Positions 58,735-64,000 of a stretch of DNA of 64,000 nucleotides are shown here, piece by piece (the first letter of the stretch is position 1; each line of letters starts with the position of its first letter). Source of the stretch: Armatimonadota bacterium (lineage in GTDB: Bacteria > Armatimonadota > UBA5829 > DTLH01); assembly GCA_039679675.1 (NCBI GenBank), contig JBDKUN010000055.1:1-64000 (forward strand), written 5' to 3'. The translations under genes were made by a program, and so were the position numbers. The notes under the pieces are model-generated. The model was not told where the DNA came from. It saw only the letters and a list, made by a program, of their open reading frames with translations, and ran no database searches.

Positions 58735-61700
58735 ATGAGCAAGCATAAAGTTTTGATCTGGTCACTGGTTTTTCTCGTAATTCTCTGTTCCAGTTGCTTC
58801 GGGCAGACAATAATTAGAGTTAGTACGGGTGGAAATGACTCTAATAACGGCTCCAGCTGGGAACTGGCTAAAAAGACAGTACAGGCTGGCATAAATGCAG
58901 CCTCTACCAGCGGTGGCGGAGAAATATGGGTAGCAGCAGGAACCTACAGCGAACGCATCACCTTGAAAGCCAACTGCTATCTCTATGGTGGGTTCGCGGG
59001 AACAGAAAACCAGCGGACTGAGAGAAACTTCAGCGCAAACAAGAGCATTCTTAATGGTTCCAATGGTGGTGGTAATATTGTAAATGCAAGTGGTTTCTCA
59101 ACCAATGGATGTATCGATGGGTTTACCATTGAAAATGGTGGAAGCAGTTATTATAGCGTCTACTGTACGTCATCAAGCCCCACAATAACCAACAACATCA
59201 TTAGGAATAGTTATGGCATCTACTGTACATCATCAAACCCCACAATAACCAATAACACCATTATGGGGAATAGTTATGGCATCTACTGTACGTCATCATC
59301 AAATCCCATAATAATCAACAACAACATCAGCAGGAATATCACTTATGGCATTTATTGCACGTCATTATCAAGTCCTACAATAGCCAATAACACCATAGAT
59401 GGGAGTAATTATGGTATTCACTGCTGGTCATCAGGCCCCGCAATAGTCACCAATAACACCATCAGTGGGAATGGCTATGGCGTTTATTGCTACTCATCAA
59501 GCCCAATAATAAGCAACAATATAGTTGCATTTAATAGCACCGGAATCAGTAGTATCACAGGCGGAAGCCCAACGCTCAAATACAACTGCATTTATGGCAA
59601 TACTGACGGCTACTTAGGCATCAATGCCGGTGATACAGACATATCAAAAGATCCTCTGCTTGAGAACTGGCGGTATAATAAGTGCCATATCCAGCCTGGC
59701 TCACCCTGTATAGATGCTGGTGACAACTCCGCAGTCAGTTCATCTTGGATAGATATGGATGGACAAGCAAGAACACAGGGAAATGCCGTAGATATTGGAG
59801 CAGATGAATCAGATGGAACACAGTGGCCGGTTAACTCTCCTATAGTGGTGCGTGTCAGTCCCAATGGAGATGATGCTAATAATGGCTCAAACTGGGAACT
59901 GGCAAAGAAGACTGTACAGGCAGGTATAGATGCGGTCTTTTGTAATGAAGGTGGCGGCGAGGTATGGGTTTCTGCCGGAACCTACAACGAGCATATCACA
60001 CTTAAGGCCGATTGTGATGTTTATGGAGGGTTTGCAGAAACAGAAAGCCTGAAGACAGAACGGAATTTCAATGTCAACAAGAGCATACTTGACGGATCAG
60101 GAAATGGCAGTGTTGTTAGCGCTAGTGGATTCTCGACCAATGCTCGTATTGATGGGTTTACCATTGGAAACAGTGGCAATGCTAATTATGGTATTTATTG
60201 CACATCATCATCAAATCCTACAATAACCAACAACACCATTAGGGGGAACGGATCTGGCGTCTACTGTTTGGCATCAAGTCCTTATATAACTAACAACATC
60301 ATCAACGGGAATGATAATGGTGTCTACTGCGGGAATGGTAATGACAACTACCGCTGGTCCTCAAATCCAACGATAGCCAGTAATACCATCATTGGGAATA
60401 GCAGCTATGGTATTTACTACAATAACAGATCTGGTGCCGTCTACTACGTTGTCGAGCCACAAAAACTCACGATAACAAACAACATAATTGCCTTCAATCT
60501 CACTGGAATCTACAGGAAAAACGGAATTGCAACACTTACGAGAAACTGTGTCTATGGCAATATTACCAACTACTCGTCCATCTCTCGCGGGTTTATAGAC
60601 ATATCAGTAGATCCTCTGATTGAGAACTGGAGATATGGTAAATTCCATATCCAACCCGGCTCACCATGCAGAGATGCAGGTGATAGTTCTTCTGTTTCTT
60701 CTTCTTGGCTTGATATGGATGGACAACCAAGAATACAGGGAGAGGGTGTGGATATTGGTGCTGATGAATCGGATGGAACACAGTGGCCGGTTAACCCACC
60801 TATAGTGGTACGAGTCAGTTCCAAAGGGAACGATGGCAATGACGGCTCAAGCTGGGCACTTGCAAAGAAGACTATACAGGCTGGTATAGATACGGTCTTT
60901 AATAATGAGAGTGGCGGCGAAATATGGGTGACAGCAGGGGTATACAATGAATGCATCAACTTGAAAACCAACTGTGATGTCTACGGCGGGTTTGCTGGAA
61001 CAGAAAATGAGAAGACTGAGCGAGACTTCAACATCAACAAGAGCATACTCGAAAAGTCTAGTAGCATCGGCAATGTTGTCAATGCAAGTGGATTCTTAAC
61101 AATCGCTCGTATAGATGGGTTTACAATTAAATGTAACGGTGGAAGCAGCAACTATGGCGTTTGCTGCGAGTACTCATCAAGTCCCACAATAACCAACAAC
61201 ATCATCAGCGGAAATAGCGGCTATGGTATTCATTGCTCATTTTCATCAAGACCTGTAATAACCAATAATACCCTCAATGGAAATAGTACCGGTGGCATAT
61301 ACTGCTCATCATCAAATCCCACAATAACCAACAACATAATCAATAATAATGCTAGCCACGGCATTTACTGCTGCTCAGCATCAAATCCCACAATAAGGAA
61401 AAACGCAATTAATGGGAATGGTGACGGCATCTGCTGCAACTCATCATCAAATCCCACAATAACCAACAACACCATTAACGGGAATGGTGAAGGCATTCTC
61501 TGCGGTTCATCAAGTCCCACAATAACAAACAACATCATCAGTGGAAGTGGCTATCATGGTATCTACTACTCATCATCATCAAGCCTCACAATAACAAGCA
61601 ACACCATCAGTGGGAATAACTATGGTATCTATGACTATTACTCATCATCAGGCTCCACAATAGCCAACAACATTGTTGCTTTCAACATCACTGGAGTCTA

Positions 61701-63570
61701 TAAAGAAGGCGGCAGCGGGAACCCAACGCTCAAGAGCAATTGCGTCTACGGCAACACTACCGACTACTCAGGCGTTGCTGCTGGGGCTACAGACATATCA
61801 CAGGACCCTCTTCTTGAGAACTGGAAGTACGGCAAGCTTCACATTCAGCCTGGTTCTCCTTGTATAAATACAGGAGATAGCTCTGTAGTAAGTTCATACG
61901 GGGTAGATATGGATGGACAGGCAAGAATACAAGGAACTGCTGTAGATATTGGTGCAGATGAATCAGATGGGACACAGTGGCCGGTCAATACACCTGTTGT
62001 GATACGTGTCAGCCCAAATGGGAATGACTCTGAAAATGGTTCAAGCTGGACGCTGGCCAAGAAGACTATACAGGCTGGTATAGATGCAGCTTGCGACAAT
62101 GGTGGCGGTGAAGTATGGGTGAAAGCTGGAGTCTATTATGAGCACATAATTCTTAGAGCTGACATTGGTGTCTACGGAGGCTTCGCAGGTGCAGAAAATC
62201 AGAGGATTGAGCGGAACTTTAATACCAATAAAAGCATAATTGATGGTTCCAGCAATGGTAATGTTGTTATTGCTAGCGGATTTACAACCACTGCCTGCAT
62301 TAATGGCTTAACTATTAGAAACGGTGGAGACGATTATAGTGGCATTTACTGCTGGTTCTTGTCCAATCCCACGATAGTGAACAACACCATCAGTGGAAAT
62401 GAAAATGGCATCGACTGCGTATATTTACCAAGTCTAGCCATAGCCCAAAACAATATCAGCGGGAATGAATACGGCGTATACTGCTATGGATCAAATCCAA
62501 CGATAAATAGCAACATAATTAGTGGGAATATAAGCTGTGGCATCTACTGTGATTATTCAACTAATCCCACAATAACAAATAACACCATCAGCGGAAGTGG
62601 TGATGGTATCCACATTTATTCATCAAGCCCTACGATAACCAATAATATAATTGCCTTCAATCAGAGAGGTATCGACAAATCCAGCGGGAATGCCGTTTTC
62701 AATAATAACTGCGTCTATGGCAACACCACCAACTACTTAAATTTCACTGCAGGAACTACGGACATATCGGTAGACCCTCTCTTTAGAGATAAAGACAACG
62801 GAGACTACCATCTCACCTCCACATCTCCCTGCATAAACGCGGGAGATGACACGACAGTACAGAATGGCTGGGTTGATATGGACGGTGAGGCACGTATTAT
62901 AGGAACTCATGTAGACATTGGTGCCGACGAATACTCAGTATTTGATGTCACAGGCACAAATGCAAAGAATACCAAAGATACGGCCTATGTATTGGCAACC
63001 AATATGGTAGCATCTTCGGTCTACAGCGGCTTCTATTATGTCCAGGATATAAACAGGACATACGGCATAAGAGTGAACCAGCTAAAGGGAACTCTGCCGC
63101 AGGTGAACAAGATAATCTCAGTTAGCGGTGTCCTTGGTACTACCACAGATGGAGAAAGATGCCTACTTAGCTATGAGACTCCTTCAGTTACAGGTCAGGA
63201 GACTGCAAAGCCGCTGATGATTACCTGTAAATACATCGGTGGAGGAGACTACAGCTATGATTCAGCAGCCAAGACAGGCCAGAAGGGTGTAAAAGACAGC
63301 TTCGGGCTGAACAACATAGGGTTATTAGTGACAGTATGTGGGACAGTAGCGGACATCGATACTGCTAATAAGAAACTCTACATAAATGATGGCTCTGCCA
63401 CTGTAGAAGTATATTATGGCAGCATCACACTGCCGGAAGATATAGTAAAGGGATCACTGATCAAGGCTACAGGAGCCTGCAGTTGCTATAGATTAGACAA
63501 TGACAACCTCTGTCCGTTGATTTTACTGAAGGACGGGGACAGTATAAAGGCATTAACAGCCGTTAACTAA
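58735..63570 (+). CDS. Giant secreted beta-helix repeat protein, paralog C
   Basis: Same architecture as A and B. Start reassigned to MSKHKV (AAGGAG RBS, homology to paralog B start). Confidence 0.9.
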   Translation: MSKHKVLIWSLVFLVILCSSCFGQTIIRVSTGGNDSNNGSSWELAKKTVQAGINAASTSGGGEIWVAAGTYSERITLKANCYLYGGFAGTENQRTERNFSANKSILNGSNGGGNIVNASGFSTNGCIDGFTIENGGSSYYSVYCTSSSPTITNNIIRNSYGIYCTSSNPTITNNTIMGNSYGIYCTSSSNPIIINNNISRNITYGIYCTSLSSPTIANNTIDGSNYGIHCWSSGPAIVTNNTISGNGYGVYCYSSSPIISNNIVAFNSTGISSITGGSPTLKYNCIYGNTDGYLGINAGDTDISKDPLLENWRYNKCHIQPGSPCIDAGDNSAVSSSWIDMDGQARTQGNAVDIGADESDGTQWPVNSPIVVRVSPNGDDANNGSNWELAKKTVQAGIDAVFCNEGGGEVWVSAGTYNEHITLKADCDVYGGFAETESLKTERNFNVNKSILDGSGNGSVVSASGFSTNARIDGFTIGNSGNANYGIYCTSSSNPTITNNTIRGNGSGVYCLASSPYITNNIINGNDNGVYCGNGNDNYRWSSNPTIASNTIIGNSSYGIYYNNRSGAVYYVVEPQKLTITNNIIAFNLTGIYRKNGIATLTRNCVYGNITNYSSISRGFIDISVDPLIENWRYGKFHIQPGSPCRDAGDSSSVSSSWLDMDGQPRIQGEGVDIGADESDGTQWPVNPPIVVRVSSKGNDGNDGSSWALAKKTIQAGIDTVFNNESGGEIWVTAGVYNECINLKTNCDVYGGFAGTENEKTERDFNINKSILEKSSSIGNVVNASGFLTIARIDGFTIKCNGGSSNYGVCCEYSSSPTITNNIISGNSGYGIHCSFSSRPVITNNTLNGNSTGGIYCSSSNPTITNNIINNNASHGIYCCSASNPTIRKNAINGNGDGICCNSSSNPTITNNTINGNGEGILCGSSSPTITNNIISGSGYHGIYYSSSSSLTITSNTISGNNYGIYDYYSSSGSTIANNIVAFNITGVYKEGGSGNPTLKSNCVYGNTTDYSGVAAGATDISQDPLLENWKYGKLHIQPGSPCINTGDSSVVSSYGVDMDGQARIQGTAVDIGADESDGTQWPVNTPVVIRVSPNGNDSENGSSWTLAKKTIQAGIDAACDNGGGEVWVKAGVYYEHIILRADIGVYGGFAGAENQRIERNFNTNKSIIDGSSNGNVVIASGFTTTACINGLTIRNGGDDYSGIYCWFLSNPTIVNNTISGNENGIDCVYLPSLAIAQNNISGNEYGVYCYGSNPTINSNIISGNISCGIYCDYSTNPTITNNTISGSGDGIHIYSSSPTITNNIIAFNQRGIDKSSGNAVFNNNCVYGNTTNYLNFTAGTTDISVDPLFRDKDNGDYHLTSTSPCINAGDDTTVQNGWVDMDGEARIIGTHVDIGADEYSVFDVTGTNAKNTKDTAYVLATNMVASSVYSGFYYVQDINRTYGIRVNQLKGTLPQVNKIISVSGVLGTTTDGERCLLSYETPSVTGQETAKPLMITCKYIGGGDYSYDSAAKTGQKGVKDSFGLNNIGLLVTVCGTVADIDTANKKLYINDGSATVEVYYGSITLPEDIVKGSLIKATGACSCYRLDNDNLCPLILLKDGDSIKALTAVN

Positions 63571-63584
63571 GGGATAGAGTTGCA

Positions 63585-63620
63585 AAAACGTCACCCTGAC
63601 TTGTTTCGGGGTGACGTTTT
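63585..63620. terminator. Bidirectional terminator derived from a REP-like palindrome
   Basis: AAAACGTCACCCTGA-CTTGTT-TCGGGGTGACGTTTT between convergent genes. Confidence 0.7.
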
Positions 63621-63651
63621 AATCATCAACTCAAAACTCTTGTCTACAGAG

Positions 63652-64000
63652 CTATATCCGTATTCGGTATTTTCTTCTTATCCGTACGCTTCGAGGTTGG
63701 CCGTCCTGCACGGCTGGTTTGTAGCGCATCTTTGACGCAGCACTTCTTACGGCTTTATCAATTGCGCGTACTCCTGATGAGTCCACAATTTCTATATCGC
63801 TTACGTCGCCATCTGTGTCTACGGTATAGCTGATCCTCACAATGTAATCGCCCGACTCGTCGATCTCAGGAATTTGGGGTTCGCAGTCCTTGATGAGCTC
63901 AGGTTCCGCACGGTCAGCCAGCCTGTTGACATGCACGGGTTCAGGCGCTTTGCACATAGTGCATCTGCTGGAAGGCTCACTGCCTTCCCTGAACGACCGT
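63652..64000 (-). CDS. TonB C-terminal domain protein (3' part; start probably beyond the window)
   Basis: VRISYTVDTDGDVSDIEIVDSSG..IDKAVRSAASKMRYKPAVQDGQP. Confidence 0.8.
   Translation of the reverse strand, partial: RSFREGSEPSSRCTMCKAPEPVHVNRLADRAEPELIKDCEPQIPEIDESGDYIVRISYTVDTDGDVSDIEIVDSSGVRAIDKAVRSAASKMRYKPAVQDGQPRSVRIRRKYRIRI

Noticed and set aside
313..63570. Diversity-generating retroelement acting on the beta-helix paralogs
   Set aside because: No reverse transcriptase in the window. The 5284-5554 relic differs by indels and changes at all bases, not by adenine-specific substitutions as a TR/VR pair would.

Overview
A 64 kb bacterial chromosomal window, probably Armatimonadota-like. 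That assignment is inferred from the prepilin-type N-methylation/H-X9-DG proteins, a PEP-CTERM protein and a recurring 'GLNNIGLLVxxxG'-type terminal domain; it was not checked by any search. The housekeeping backbone is lysA-M50-trpS-TPR-scpA-scpB-dac-rluB, hom-metY-metX-metW, paaK-like/ACT, GH38, folP and GH65, plus three tRNAs (Ile2/Met-CAT, Val-CAC, Leu-GAG). Four accessory elements stand out. (1) Two adjacent, architecturally parallel cassettes each pair a pilin-like (class III signal peptide) protein with a secreted protein bearing a shared tandem OB-fold-like terminal domain. One cassette lies under a clear cobalamin riboswitch and includes a PEP-CTERM protein. The other lies under tandem NikR-type operators next to nikR and includes a metal ABC transporter. 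Neither encodes a TonB-dependent receptor, which suggests a pilin-coupled micronutrient (B12, Ni) capture system. (2) Three ~1,600-aa paralogous four-module Cys-rich beta-helix surface proteins, plus a decayed fourth, show variable coil numbers and mosaic relationships. (3) A presenilin/SPP-like membrane protein. (4) A ~100 bp structured direct repeat brackets an orphan gene and has two further dispersed relatives; many REP-like palindromes are also present. No CRISPR array, integrase, transposase or reverse transcriptase was found.
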